Shown: in pieces, positions 20,999 through 30,524 of the stretch
How the letters are laid out: each line of letters starts with the position of its first letter
Position numbering within the stretch: position 1 is the stretch's first letter
Source: Ilyomonas sp.
GTDB lineage: Bacteria > Bacteroidota > Bacteroidia > Chitinophagales > Chitinophagaceae
DNA length: 64,000 nt
Direction: 5' to 3'
NCBI GenBank assembly: GCA_965199905.1
Contig: OZ241366.1
Location: 3,242,981 to 3,306,980 of the forward strand
Translations under genes and position numbers: made by a program
Notes under the pieces: model-generated
The model's database searches: none
What the model saw: the letters and a program-made list of their open reading frames with translations, nothing else
Told to the model about the DNA's origin: nothing

Positions 20999-22099
20999 AT
21001 GAATAAAATGAAATCGTCTTCTTTCAAAATCATCCTGACTTATGTATTAATAACAGGATGCTTTGTGAATGCGACTGCACAGCAAAAACTGAATGTGATT
21101 GTTGCAGGCTTGAACCACGACCATGTGCACAATATATTGCATGCTTACACCGATGGAAAGGTTTCTATCATTGGCATTGCAGAACCTGATAAAAGTTTAT
21201 GGAAGAAATTCGGTGATCAATATCATTTGCCTGATTCACTGTTTTCTGAAAGTCTTACTGACTTATTAAAACACAAAAAGCCCGACGCGGTATTGGGTTA
21301 TAATGAAGTGGGAAAACACGTTGACATTGTGCAAATCTGTGCGCCAATGCACATTCCTGTAATGGTGGAAAAACCACTGGCAGCTACATTGCCGCAGGCA
21401 AAAGAAATGGAGCGGCTGGCAAAGCAATACAATACGCTTTTGCTCACGAATTACGAAACCACGTGGTATCCTTCGTTTCACGATGTGTATGATACGGTGA
21501 ATAGCCATAGCATGGGCAGTATTAAGAAAATGGTTTGCCATGATGGTCACCAGGGTCCTAAAGAAATTAACTGCAGCAACCAGTTTCTGAAATGGCTGAC
21601 AGACCCGGTTTTAAATGGTGCCGGCGCGCTTAATGATTTCGGTTGTTATGGTGCCGATTTAATGACCTGGCTGATGCATGGCAAGCGCCCGATATCTGTA
21701 ACGGCTGTTACCAAACATTACAAGCCTGATGTGTATCCTAAGGTTGATGATGATGCAACGGTTTTGGTAGAATACGATAGCGCCACGGGTTTGATTGAAG
21801 GTTCGTGGAACTGGCCGTTCTCCATTAAAGATATGGAAGTATGGTGCGAAACCGGCTACCTGCATGCATTTGATAACACCAATATTTACAGCCGCAAACG
21901 CGAGAAGATAGTAGCTTCCAAACAAGCAGATGCGTTGGCAGCTCCACAGAATGATCCGTTGATTTATTTAGCCGCTGTATTGAATCATCAACTTACCGGC
22001 GATAATGATTTATCGTCTCTTCGTTACAACATGATTGTGATGGAAATATTAGATGCGGCAAAACGATCGGCGGCATCGGGAAAGAAGATTGTATTGTAA
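20999..22099 (+). CDS. Gfo/Idh/MocA family oxidoreductase, exported
   Basis: VAGLNHDHV, VMVEKPLA, GGAL-like GAGALNDFGCYG; signal-peptide-like N-terminus. Confidence 0.88.
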   Translation: MNKMKSSSFKIILTYVLITGCFVNATAQQKLNVIVAGLNHDHVHNILHAYTDGKVSIIGIAEPDKSLWKKFGDQYHLPDSLFSESLTDLLKHKKPDAVLGYNEVGKHVDIVQICAPMHIPVMVEKPLAATLPQAKEMERLAKQYNTLLLTNYETTWYPSFHDVYDTVNSHSMGSIKKMVCHDGHQGPKEINCSNQFLKWLTDPVLNGAGALNDFGCYGADLMTWLMHGKRPISVTAVTKHYKPDVYPKVDDDATVLVEYDSATGLIEGSWNWPFSIKDMEVWCETGYLHAFDNTNIYSRKREKIVASKQADALAAPQNDPLIYLAAVLNHQLTGDNDLSSLRYNMIVMEILDAAKRSAASGKKIVL

Positions 22100-22142
22100 C
22101 AATTTATAAAATTTGATTGCTTACATTTGACAAAAGAGATAT

Positions 22143-22334
22143 ATGGCAATCCGCAAACAGCAAATTATCGATACCATAAGCGCAATGCCCGAAGATGAGT
22201 TTGAGAATATTGATGTTTTACTTGAACGCATTATGGTGTTAGAAAAAATTGAAAAAGCAGAACAGAACATCATTGATAATAAAGTTTATACAACCGAAGA
22301 AGCCAGACAAAAGCTTGCGCAATGGTTTCAATAA
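22143..22334 (+). CDS. Putative type II antitoxin
   Basis: 63 aa, acidic, IEKAEQNIIDNKVYTTEEA; stop overlaps the start of a RelE/ParE-like frame. Confidence 0.7.
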   Translation: MAIRKQQIIDTISAMPEDEFENIDVLLERIMVLEKIEKAEQNIIDNKVYTTEEARQKLAQWFQ

Positions 22335-22632
22335 TATGGACAGACGAAGCTTTATCAGATATTGATAATATTGCTGCTTATTCAGTAAAGATTCTTTATT
22401 TTATGCCAGGCAGTTTGTTCAAAAATTATTTGCTGCAACAGTGAAAATTGAACGTTACCCTTAAATCGGTAAGCCTCTTCAGGAATTGCCCGATTCTGTT
22501 TATAAGGAAATCCTTTTTAAAAAGTATAGAATCATTTATCGTTTTGATGATGTGCATGTTTACATTATCAGCGTTCATCACTCTGCATGGCTTCTTAAAA
22601 ACAATATTACCTTCAAAGATGATTTTTCTTAG
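22322..22632 (+). pseudogene. RelE/ParE family toxin pseudogene (frameshift + nonsense)
   Basis: Reconstructed MVSIIWTDEALSDIDNIAAY/SKDSLFYARQFVQKLF...RYP*IGK...YKEILFKKYRIIYRFDDVHVYIISVHHS; 1-nt shift near 22380, in-frame TAA near 22471. Confidence 0.85.
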
Positions 22633-22756
22633 ACGCTAACAGTTCGTTTTAAAAGTGATTCTAAAATCAAACTTAAATCCTGTTATCAACACATTAATTC
22701 GCTTTGTTTTGCTGTTATCTGTTATAATTAATGTTTTTACTATTTGCAAACAAAAT

Positions 22757-23848
22757 ATGACTGGTAAACGATTTTTTTTCTTTCTTCTTTTTATTCCGTT
22801 TCCATCTTTCTCTCAACAATTAAAACCTGGTTTTGATAAAGCCGAATACGCTGAAATGTTGCGCATTTCAGCGCGGCAAACCGATAGTAGTTATTGGGCA
22901 AATCATGCAATTGCTGGGCCTTCCGATTTTGATTTGCAGTATCGCTCGCCGGTTACCGGTCTGGAGAATCGCTGGGATTTTTGGGTGAATAAAGAACAAG
23001 ATATTGCTACCATCAGCATTCGCGGCACAACTGCAAATAGCGTTAGCTGGCTTGAAAATTTTTATTCTGCAATGGTGCCTGCAAAAGGTGAACTACAGTT
23101 AAATGACAGCACTACTTTTTCCTACCAGTTAGCTGATAACGATAAAGCCGCTGTGCATCTTGGCTGGCTTGTTGGGCTTGCTGGCATGGCAAACGGCATG
23201 GTTGCTCAAATAGACTCTTGCTACAAAAAAGGCATTCACGATTTTTATATCATGGGGCATAGCCAGGGCGGCGCTATTGCTTACCTGCTCACGGCTTATC
23301 TTCATTACAAACAAATGGCTGATTCGCTGCCGCGTGACATTACCTTTAAAACCTATTGCAGCGCCGCGCCTAAGCCTGGCAACTTATTTTTTGCTTACGA
23401 TTATGAACGCTATACAACAAACGGCTGGGCATACAATGTAGTAAACACGGCCGATTGGGTGCCACAAACGCCGGTAACAATTCAAACACTCGATGACTTT
23501 AATAAAACTAATCCGTTCAGTGACATAAGAGCGGTGCTTCGCAAACAAAAATTTCCAAAAAATGTAGTTTTGCGTCATGCTTATAACAGGCTGAATAAAA
23601 CGACGCGCAAAGCCAGGAAAACATACCAGCGATATCTGGGTGACATTACTAATAAATTTGTTCGCAAAACTTTGCCGCAACTGAAAGAGCCGGATTATTA
23701 TAACTCCCTGCAGTTTGAGCGCGCGGGCAATTATATCATCCTGAATGCCGATGCAGATTACTACAAAAAGTTTCCTGACGATAAGAAGAAAATATTCATT
23801 CATCATGGCATTGGTGCTTATTTATACTTGTTGAAAAAGATGCCTTAA
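22757..23848 (+). CDS. Lipase class 3 family protein, exported
   Basis: SIRGTT, GHSQGG nucleophile elbow, VVNTADWVP, C-terminal HH; start moved to MTGKRFFF. Confidence 0.88.
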   Translation: MTGKRFFFFLLFIPFPSFSQQLKPGFDKAEYAEMLRISARQTDSSYWANHAIAGPSDFDLQYRSPVTGLENRWDFWVNKEQDIATISIRGTTANSVSWLENFYSAMVPAKGELQLNDSTTFSYQLADNDKAAVHLGWLVGLAGMANGMVAQIDSCYKKGIHDFYIMGHSQGGAIAYLLTAYLHYKQMADSLPRDITFKTYCSAAPKPGNLFFAYDYERYTTNGWAYNVVNTADWVPQTPVTIQTLDDFNKTNPFSDIRAVLRKQKFPKNVVLRHAYNRLNKTTRKARKTYQRYLGDITNKFVRKTLPQLKEPDYYNSLQFERAGNYIILNADADYYKKFPDDKKKIFIHHGIGAYLYLLKKMP

Positions 23849-23929
23849 CTTTTATTGTGCCTTCGTTGGTTCTGTTTTTGAGAGCTGTTATGCGCTTCGG
23901 AAATAAGAATCACTTGCCGGATAAATTTC

Positions 23930-25771
23930 ATGATAGTTATGGAACAGGTTCATCCCAATTATAGTACAACCAACAGCCGCGAAGAAGGCACAGAAGACGA
24001 GATATTTAACAGCCCTTTGCCGCGTGCCGTTGTGCGTCCTAATGCTTACATATTATTGGATGGTGAGTGGAAATTTGAGCTGGATAAAGAAGATGCCGGC
24101 TTGCAGGAAGGCTGGTTTCTCTGGCATCAATATCATGATACCGCGCATTGGCCTGGCAGTATTGAAGAGCAGATTAATAAAGGCAAGGAAGAACTGAATC
24201 ATCCTGCATGGCAGGATAAAATTGTGGTTTGGTATGAACGGGATTTTCCAATGCCTGATCGTTCTCAGTTATCACCGCAAACCATGATGCAGCTTACGTT
24301 TGGCGCTTGTGGGTATGAAACGCGCGTTTGGCTCAATGGTCAGCCATTATCAACTATTGAAGGAGAAAATGCACATGTAGGCGAATACACTTCTTTCTCG
24401 TATGAAATTAACGAAGAAAGCCTGCAACTGGTGAACCGCCTTACGGTTCGCATTGCTGATACGATGGATGCCGATATTCCGCGTGGCAAACAGGAATCGT
24501 ATGTGTACAAACGTGGCGGCATCTGGTACCAAACTTATAGCGGTGCAGTGCGCAGTGTATGGCTGGAAGCGGTGGAGCGCAACCGGCTTCGCTCGCGTGT
24601 GGGCGTGGTAAGCATTGTAGAAGATAATCTGGTACGGTTCAACGTCACCACCCGCATTCATGATGCCGGTGATTACACCGTTCGCCTGCAGGTATTTAAC
24701 CGAAAACAGGAAACGAACGAACCTATTGCTTCTTCCGATTATCCATTGCACTTAGAAACAGGGGAAAAACAGCAGCGTCTTGTACTGGAAATACCGGATG
24801 CAAAATATTGGTCGCACCAATCACCACACCTGTATCGCCTGAAGGCAACTCTGATAGATAACAGAGGATATGAAGCAGAAATAGAAACCCGTTTCGGACT
24901 GCGCAAAATAGAAGCGCGCGGCTGTTGTATTTACCTGAATAACGAAGCGATTTATCTGGATGGTATTTTATATCAGCCCAATACATCTACCTACGAAGAG
25001 ATTAAGATGCACATGTATGCAATGAAGGAACTGGGTTGCAACCTTGTGCGCATACATATTGCCGGTGTTGACCCGCGCGTATATAATCTTGCTGATAAAA
25101 TGGGCATGCTGCTATGGGTAGAAGTACCCAGCCCGCACCGTTCCAATGTAGTAAGCCGGGCTGCGCACAGAGCTGAACTAATACGCTCACTGGCTTTAAT
25201 AGAAAATCATCCTTCGGTTGTTATCTGGAGTTTGTATAATGAAGACTGGGGCATTCAGGATGTAGGTACAAGTGCCGATACGCGCAATTATATCATTGAT
25301 ACTTATCGATACATGCAGTTAGCGCATCCGCAGTTTCTGGTGGTCGATAATGATGGCTGGCAGCATGTATCTTTTGAAGGACGATTGCAATCTGATTTAT
25401 TGACCGCGCATCTTTACACGCCTGACATAGACAGGTGGCGCGAAGTATTGGATAAGTTGGTGGATGGACAATTGAATGGCGTGGCAGCTTTTCCGCTTGT
25501 AGTTGGCGATCCCTATTTCTATCGCCGCCAAATGCCGCTTTTAGTGAGCGAATGGGGCGGTTTTGGCTTTGTAAATTATGGCGGACCAAAAGATGCGGAT
25601 GAGCGCGCGCAGCAAATAACATTGTTCAAAGAAGAGCTTCGCAAACGCCCGATAGCCGGTGATGTTTATACACAGGCAACAAACATTGAAGAAGAAAGAA
25701 ACGGTATTATAGATGCGGGAACGGGCGAGCTGAAAGTGCCGGCCGGAATATTAGCGTCGAAGCCGCGATAA
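23930..25771 (+). CDS. Glycoside hydrolase family 2
   Basis: LLDGEWKF, RGKQ...IWY...SG..RSVWLE, RFGLRKIE, NHPSVVIWSLYNEDWG, LVSEWGG; no signal peptide. Confidence 0.88.
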   Translation: MIVMEQVHPNYSTTNSREEGTEDEIFNSPLPRAVVRPNAYILLDGEWKFELDKEDAGLQEGWFLWHQYHDTAHWPGSIEEQINKGKEELNHPAWQDKIVVWYERDFPMPDRSQLSPQTMMQLTFGACGYETRVWLNGQPLSTIEGENAHVGEYTSFSYEINEESLQLVNRLTVRIADTMDADIPRGKQESYVYKRGGIWYQTYSGAVRSVWLEAVERNRLRSRVGVVSIVEDNLVRFNVTTRIHDAGDYTVRLQVFNRKQETNEPIASSDYPLHLETGEKQQRLVLEIPDAKYWSHQSPHLYRLKATLIDNRGYEAEIETRFGLRKIEARGCCIYLNNEAIYLDGILYQPNTSTYEEIKMHMYAMKELGCNLVRIHIAGVDPRVYNLADKMGMLLWVEVPSPHRSNVVSRAAHRAELIRSLALIENHPSVVIWSLYNEDWGIQDVGTSADTRNYIIDTYRYMQLAHPQFLVVDNDGWQHVSFEGRLQSDLLTAHLYTPDIDRWREVLDKLVDGQLNGVAAFPLVVGDPYFYRRQMPLLVSEWGGFGFVNYGGPKDADERAQQITLFKEELRKRPIAGDVYTQATNIEEERNGIIDAGTGELKVPAGILASKPR

Positions 25772-25783
25772 AAGGTATAAAAA

Positions 25784-25896
25784 AAGAGGCTGTCTCAAAA
25801 GCCGAGACAGCCTCTTTTTTATTCGGATACCTGATGGAGAAAGTTCTCGTTTAAGCGATTCTCAAAGCCTTTATTTTACTTTTGAGACAGCCTCTT
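25784..25896. mobile_element. MITE-like element / IS end remnant with 17-bp terminal inverted repeats
   Basis: AAGAGGCTGTCTCAAAA (25784-25800) and TTTTGAGACAGCCTCTT (25880-25896); a third half-copy GAGACAGCCTCTT at 25804 forms a terminator-like hairpin; no transposase. Confidence 0.6.
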
Positions 25897-25910
25897 GTTA
25901 TTTGATAGAA

Positions 25911-26135
25911 CTATACCTTCTTCGGCGGCAATGCAAACGCCACTGCCTCATGCTCAAAATGCCCGCGGTGAGAGCCATCGCAAAAAGGCTTATTTTGCGA
26001 AAGACCGCAACGACAAATTGATACAACTGTGCGTCCGCCTAAACCGTACGGATTGCCGTCTTTATCTACAATTTCAAAATCACCATCTACTTTCAAAGAA
26101 CCATTGCTGTTTACTGTCAGTTTTACTGCTGCCAT
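25911..26135 (-). CDS. CDGSH iron-sulfur domain protein
   Basis: ICRCGLSQNKPFCDGSH; start moved to MAAVKLTVNSNGS. Confidence 0.93.
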   Translation of the reverse strand: MAAVKLTVNSNGSLKVDGDFEIVDKDGNPYGLGGRTVVSICRCGLSQNKPFCDGSHRGHFEHEAVAFALPPKKV

Positions 26136-26290
26136 ACTTATTATGTTTTGCGATAAAAATAAGGATTCAGAATTTAGGAATTTAGCAAGCAGCGAAAAGG
26201 TTGACAGAATCCTCATTATTGGCACAACTTCAAAAAGTTTGTAACTAAACAATCTTTCCGCCGTTGTACTATTCATAGAAACCACCTGAC

Positions 26291-26461
26291 ATGAAAAAGA
26301 TTTATTTTACACTCTTCATACTATTGCTTTGCACAGCTTCTGTATTCAGTTCGCAGTTGTATAATAATGCATCTGCAGTTCAAACAAAAAATATTACTCC
26401 AACGTATAAAGATTCTACAAGCATTATTTCCGGCATTATTGCCTTGCCATCGTTCAGGTAA
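26291..26461 (+). CDS. Small (56 aa) putative exported protein
   Basis: Hand translation MKKIYFTLFILLLCTASVFSSQLYNNASAVQTKNITPTYKDSTSIISGIIALPSFR; typical Bacteroidota signal peptide; below the ORF-track cutoff. Confidence 0.45.
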   Translation: MKKIYFTLFILLLCTASVFSSQLYNNASAVQTKNITPTYKDSTSIISGIIALPSFR

Positions 26462-26471
26462 ACAACCATTC

Positions 26472-27611
26472 TTAAAAAGGTTCGCCGTGTGTGGCTTTTA
26501 TAAGAGTGCGTGACAGTGCCGGAACGGCGCTCATCGCTTTTAAAAACAGCGAGGTAGACCTTGTTCCGCCAAATGAACGCTGAATCATTCGACCTACAAA
26601 TAACCGCTTTGCAAAATGCCGGTTCCAATGAATTTTATATTGCTCTTCCATTTGGCGGCGCATTATTTTTTCCTGTAAAAACAAGTCGATGTTTTCAAAT
26701 GCCAGCAGCGATGCATGCATTGCCATACTCATCCCGTTGCCGCATAAAGGCGTTATCAATCCGGCAGCATCGCCTACCATCAGCATCCCATTTTCCCCTT
26801 GTGTTTTTTTTTCGAAAGAGATTTGCGAAATCGCCAGTGGTTGTTTGTAAATAAAATGGGCTTTAGTAAAAATATCTCTCAAAAAAGGATTTTGCGATAG
26901 CAGTTCTTTTTCCATATCCGCAATGCTGTTTCCATATTTTTTCAGATTGCCGGCAGTAGTTAAATAACATAAACAGCACTTATCATCTTCAATGTTTGAA
27001 ATGCCGCAATAGCCATCCGGAAAGTTATGCAGGGCAATGGTATCAATAGGTTGCGGATACTTGATGTGATACTTGATACCGATATAATTGTTCAGTTTGC
27101 TTACCTTTTGCTGCGCAAAAGCTCGCTTCCATTGAATGTCTAAATTGCCTCGTTTGCCATAAGCGCAGCACGCAACTTTTGCTTTGTATGTATAATCGGT
27201 TGTCGTAATAATAAATCCATTTTCTTCCTGCCTTACATCATTCACTTTTGTTTTTGTGAACAAGGCAACGCCTTTCTTCAAAGCCTGCTCATATAATAAG
27301 TTATCCAGGCAAAAACGGCTGATGCCAAAGCCGCCTAAATCCAAAGGAAAAGAATACGCTTTTCCATTTACACCAGATACGGTTAGTTGATTGATATGAG
27401 GCAACGACAGTGATGGCAAATCTACGCCGAGCCGTTGCAAAAAGCCGAAGCTTTCGTTGCTTATATATTCGCCACATACTTTATGAAACGGGTATTGTTC
27501 TTTTTCAAACAAAGCGGTTTTGTAGCCTGCCTGCGCCGCTTGTATTGCCAGCGACAAACCGGCAAGCCCGCCACCAATCACGGCAATATCAAATTCATCA
27601 TTATTATACAT
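26472..27611 (-). CDS. NAD(P)/FAD-dependent oxidoreductase (geranylgeranyl-reductase-like family)
   Basis: IGGGLAGLSLA, FEKEQYPFHKVCGEYIS, VGDAAGLITPLCGNGMSMA; start moved to MYNNDEFD, overlapping the upstream stop. Confidence 0.85.
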   Translation of the reverse strand: MYNNDEFDIAVIGGGLAGLSLAIQAAQAGYKTALFEKEQYPFHKVCGEYISNESFGFLQRLGVDLPSLSLPHINQLTVSGVNGKAYSFPLDLGGFGISRFCLDNLLYEQALKKGVALFTKTKVNDVRQEENGFIITTTDYTYKAKVACCAYGKRGNLDIQWKRAFAQQKVSKLNNYIGIKYHIKYPQPIDTIALHNFPDGYCGISNIEDDKCCLCYLTTAGNLKKYGNSIADMEKELLSQNPFLRDIFTKAHFIYKQPLAISQISFEKKTQGENGMLMVGDAAGLITPLCGNGMSMAMHASLLAFENIDLFLQEKIMRRQMEEQYKIHWNRHFAKRLFVGRMIQRSFGGTRSTSLFLKAMSAVPALSRTLIKATHGEPF

Positions 27612-28299
27612 GGTTGCAAAGAATAAGATAACGGAATGCCCACTGCCATTGGGTTTTATAAGATGTAATGCGGGCTTCTGTAAATAAATGCTGCCATTCT
27701 TTTTTATGAAACCCTCGCGCCACACTTAGCGGCGCATCCTGCTTTACAAGATAAGATTTTGAGAAGAACTTCGTCAGCCATTTGATGGAATAATACGCTA
27801 TAAAATGACGTTGCAAATCATTAATAAAAAAACCAATAGCTGTGTTTTGCCTCATCCATTGCAGTTGCATAACCAGTTCTTCATCCGCAAAATGATGACA
27901 GAATAAACTGGAAAAAATGATATCTGGTTTTGCATCAAAAACAACGTTTTTATAATCGCTCGTTATCCATGTTGCAAAAGGCTGCAGTTCTTTTTTTGTT
28001 TGGGCAAACTGAATGCATTCGGGCTTCATATCAATACCAATAAAAGTGGCTTGCACATTATGCTTCTTACACCAATTATGAATAGCCAATAAATTATCGC
28101 CGCCGCCGCAACCAATTTCGCAAACATGAATTTGCTGTTTGTTGCTGCGCAAAGCATTAAACCCTTTTAGTGTGATACGATGACCGCCAAGAAGCGTGTT
28201 AATCGTGTCCAATTCCTGCATATTCTGTTTAATGTCAGCAAACGGAATATCATCCTTGTCTAACAGTTCTTTTTGAGAGGAGCGCTTGCGCAAATTCAT
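27604..28299 (-). CDS. SAM-dependent methyltransferase
   Basis: VCEIGCGGGD motif I, DIIFSSLFCHHF, INDLQR. Confidence 0.88.
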   Translation of the reverse strand: MNLRKRSSQKELLDKDDIPFADIKQNMQELDTINTLLGGHRITLKGFNALRSNKQQIHVCEIGCGGGDNLLAIHNWCKKHNVQATFIGIDMKPECIQFAQTKKELQPFATWITSDYKNVVFDAKPDIIFSSLFCHHFADEELVMQLQWMRQNTAIGFFINDLQRHFIAYYSIKWLTKFFSKSYLVKQDAPLSVARGFHKKEWQHLFTEARITSYKTQWQWAFRYLILCNHV

Positions 28300-29381
28300 A
28301 GAACAGTTGCAGTGAAAGTTTCCATGGTTAAGCCCGGACCGAAAGCAACGCCTAACATCGGGGCAGACGATTTCGTTTTTTGCTGAGATAATATTTCTTT
28401 CAATACAAAAAAGATGGTGGCGCTCGACATATTGCCGTAATCATTCAATACACGGCGCGATGCAGTTGTTGCCTCACCTGGCAGTTGCAGTTGTTTTTGA
28501 ATGGCATCAACAATGCGCCGTCCGCCGGGATGAAGACACCAGTGTTTCACATCATGAATACTTAAATTGCTTTGCTTTAAAGCATCTGCCACAAGAGAAG
28601 AAATATCCTGTTCAATCAATTGCGGAATATAGCCGCTCAACGTCATCAGGAAACCTTTGTTACTGATTTCCCAGGCCATGTCTTTTTTTCCATTGAAAGC
28701 AATGTGAGAATGAAATGTATCGATGCTTGCCAAAGCTTTTTTGCTTTTATCATTGCTCATAATTAAAGCCGCACTGCCATCGGCAAACAGCAAGCTGCTG
28801 GCTGCATTATCCAAAGTATATTCCTGCTGAAAGTGAAGCGTGCAAAGCTCTGTGGCTACTATCAATACATTTGCATTGGGTGTGCTGTCGCAAATCATCT
28901 TGCCCAATTTTAATGCATGAATGCCTGCATAGCAACCCATAAAATTGACAGATGTGCGAAAGATATTGGGTGATAATTGCAACGATTCAGTTAGCTCAAG
29001 ATCCAATCCCGGCGCACTCATGCCGGTGCAGCTTACGGTTATAAGATGCGTAATAGTGATATCATCTTTCAAATTATCCAAACAACTTTGCGCTGCCTCT
29101 AAACTCAAAGGCAACGCGTGTTGCTTGTATATTTTCATCCTTGTATCCAGCGGTGTTTCTTCATTGCTTTCCACATTGATGAACTGCCATTGCTGCGGTG
29201 GCACGCTGAAATCTTTCAATACCGAATAACGCTTTTCGATGCCGCTTTGATGATAGAGAAAAGCGAGCTTACGCTTATCGGTTGCATCAAGATTATATGC
29301 GTGCTGCATGAAATTTAGAATGTCGCCCTGCCGGTGACAATGCTGAGGAACCGCTGTTGCTATAGAAATAATATTAGCCAA
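28296..29381 (-). CDS. Type III polyketide synthase (chalcone-synthase-like)
   Basis: Triad Cys (FMGCYAG), His (WCLHPGG), Asn (YGNMSSAT); FADG; AFGPGLTME; TTG start overlapping UbiA stop. Confidence 0.95.
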   Translation of the reverse strand: MANIISIATAVPQHCHRQGDILNFMQHAYNLDATDKRKLAFLYHQSGIEKRYSVLKDFSVPPQQWQFINVESNEETPLDTRMKIYKQHALPLSLEAAQSCLDNLKDDITITHLITVSCTGMSAPGLDLELTESLQLSPNIFRTSVNFMGCYAGIHALKLGKMICDSTPNANVLIVATELCTLHFQQEYTLDNAASSLLFADGSAALIMSNDKSKKALASIDTFHSHIAFNGKKDMAWEISNKGFLMTLSGYIPQLIEQDISSLVADALKQSNLSIHDVKHWCLHPGGRRIVDAIQKQLQLPGEATTASRRVLNDYGNMSSATIFFVLKEILSQQKTKSSAPMLGVAFGPGLTMETFTATVL

Positions 29382-30237
29382 CCTGATTGAATATAAATAA
29401 GGTGATAAACGCAAGATTTGTACATATCGATGCCAGCCAGTTCATACGCATTGTATACATGAAATTTGCGTTTGATTGATTTTTCCAGACTTTATTTACC
29501 CAATAAAAAAAATAAAAAAGCACCGGAATAAAAAAGGCCTGCAATAGTAAGAAACGAGTGATCTGCTGCGCGCGTTGAAAGTGGACAAACAGCAAGCCAA
29601 AAGCGATGGCATACATAACAGCACACCATATAAATGTTCCCTTAATACCGAGCAAAATGCTAATGGTTTTTACGCCGTCTTTTTTATCGGCTTCATGCTG
29701 GTACACCTGCGTAATAGGATAGAAGCCGCCGATTAAAAAGGTAGCCGCAACGCATGCTGTTACGGGAAATGAAGTTGAACGCATTGCATTTGCTCCAACA
29801 TAAACCATCGCGAATGTAAGCGCGCCCTGGTTGAGAATAACAGTAAGATAACCGATGATTGGATACTGCTTCAATCTTATTTTTCTATAACTGTATAACC
29901 TCGAAAAAAGAATGTACACAATGATGCCTGCTGCAAAATAAACGCTGATAAAAAAGGAAAGGCTGATGGCTGTGATATCTAATATTATGGTTGTATAAAA
30001 TAACTGTTCCGTTGGCTGTAAAGGATTTGCAATACCGCCGATTGGGCTTTCATCTCTGTCCATATAACTATTGTATCCATTGCTTGATGGATAGACAAGA
30101 AGATGCAGGATACCGAAAACAAGGATGGCATTAACAGCATATACAACAGGCATCGTGCTCAATGCAAACCAATAGACAGGCATCAGGAAAAATGAGAACG
30201 GAAAGCGCAATAACTGTATGGTAGAGCGATGAAGCAT
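29374..30237 (-). CDS. UbiA family prenyltransferase
   Basis: NGYNSYMDRDE first Asp-rich motif, YQHEADKKDGVKT second motif, about 8 TM helices. Confidence 0.88.
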   Translation of the reverse strand: MLHRSTIQLLRFPFSFFLMPVYWFALSTMPVVYAVNAILVFGILHLLVYPSSNGYNSYMDRDESPIGGIANPLQPTEQLFYTTIILDITAISLSFFISVYFAAGIIVYILFSRLYSYRKIRLKQYPIIGYLTVILNQGALTFAMVYVGANAMRSTSFPVTACVAATFLIGGFYPITQVYQHEADKKDGVKTISILLGIKGTFIWCAVMYAIAFGLLFVHFQRAQQITRFLLLQAFFIPVLFYFFYWVNKVWKNQSNANFMYTMRMNWLASICTNLAFITLFIFNQVG

Positions 30238-30524
30238 GAAGAGTGAAGATAAATGGAATCAGCAAGAATAAGTTCCTTCCGCTTCATTCGTTTATACAAT
30301 TATTGCAGAGCTCACTTTTACTTTTGCAAAAGAGGATTCAACAGTGATTCAATTTGTAACTATATAAAGGTGTCTTTACAGGAATTGCTTTGATACAAAA
30401 TGATAAATAAAGCCAGCCACATTTTAAATAACCTTCTATCTTTAGCCGCTGCAAATAATAACGATTGCACAAACAGGTCTTACGCAAAATAGTTGCGCTA
30501 ACAGTCCATGATAAATTACTTTCC

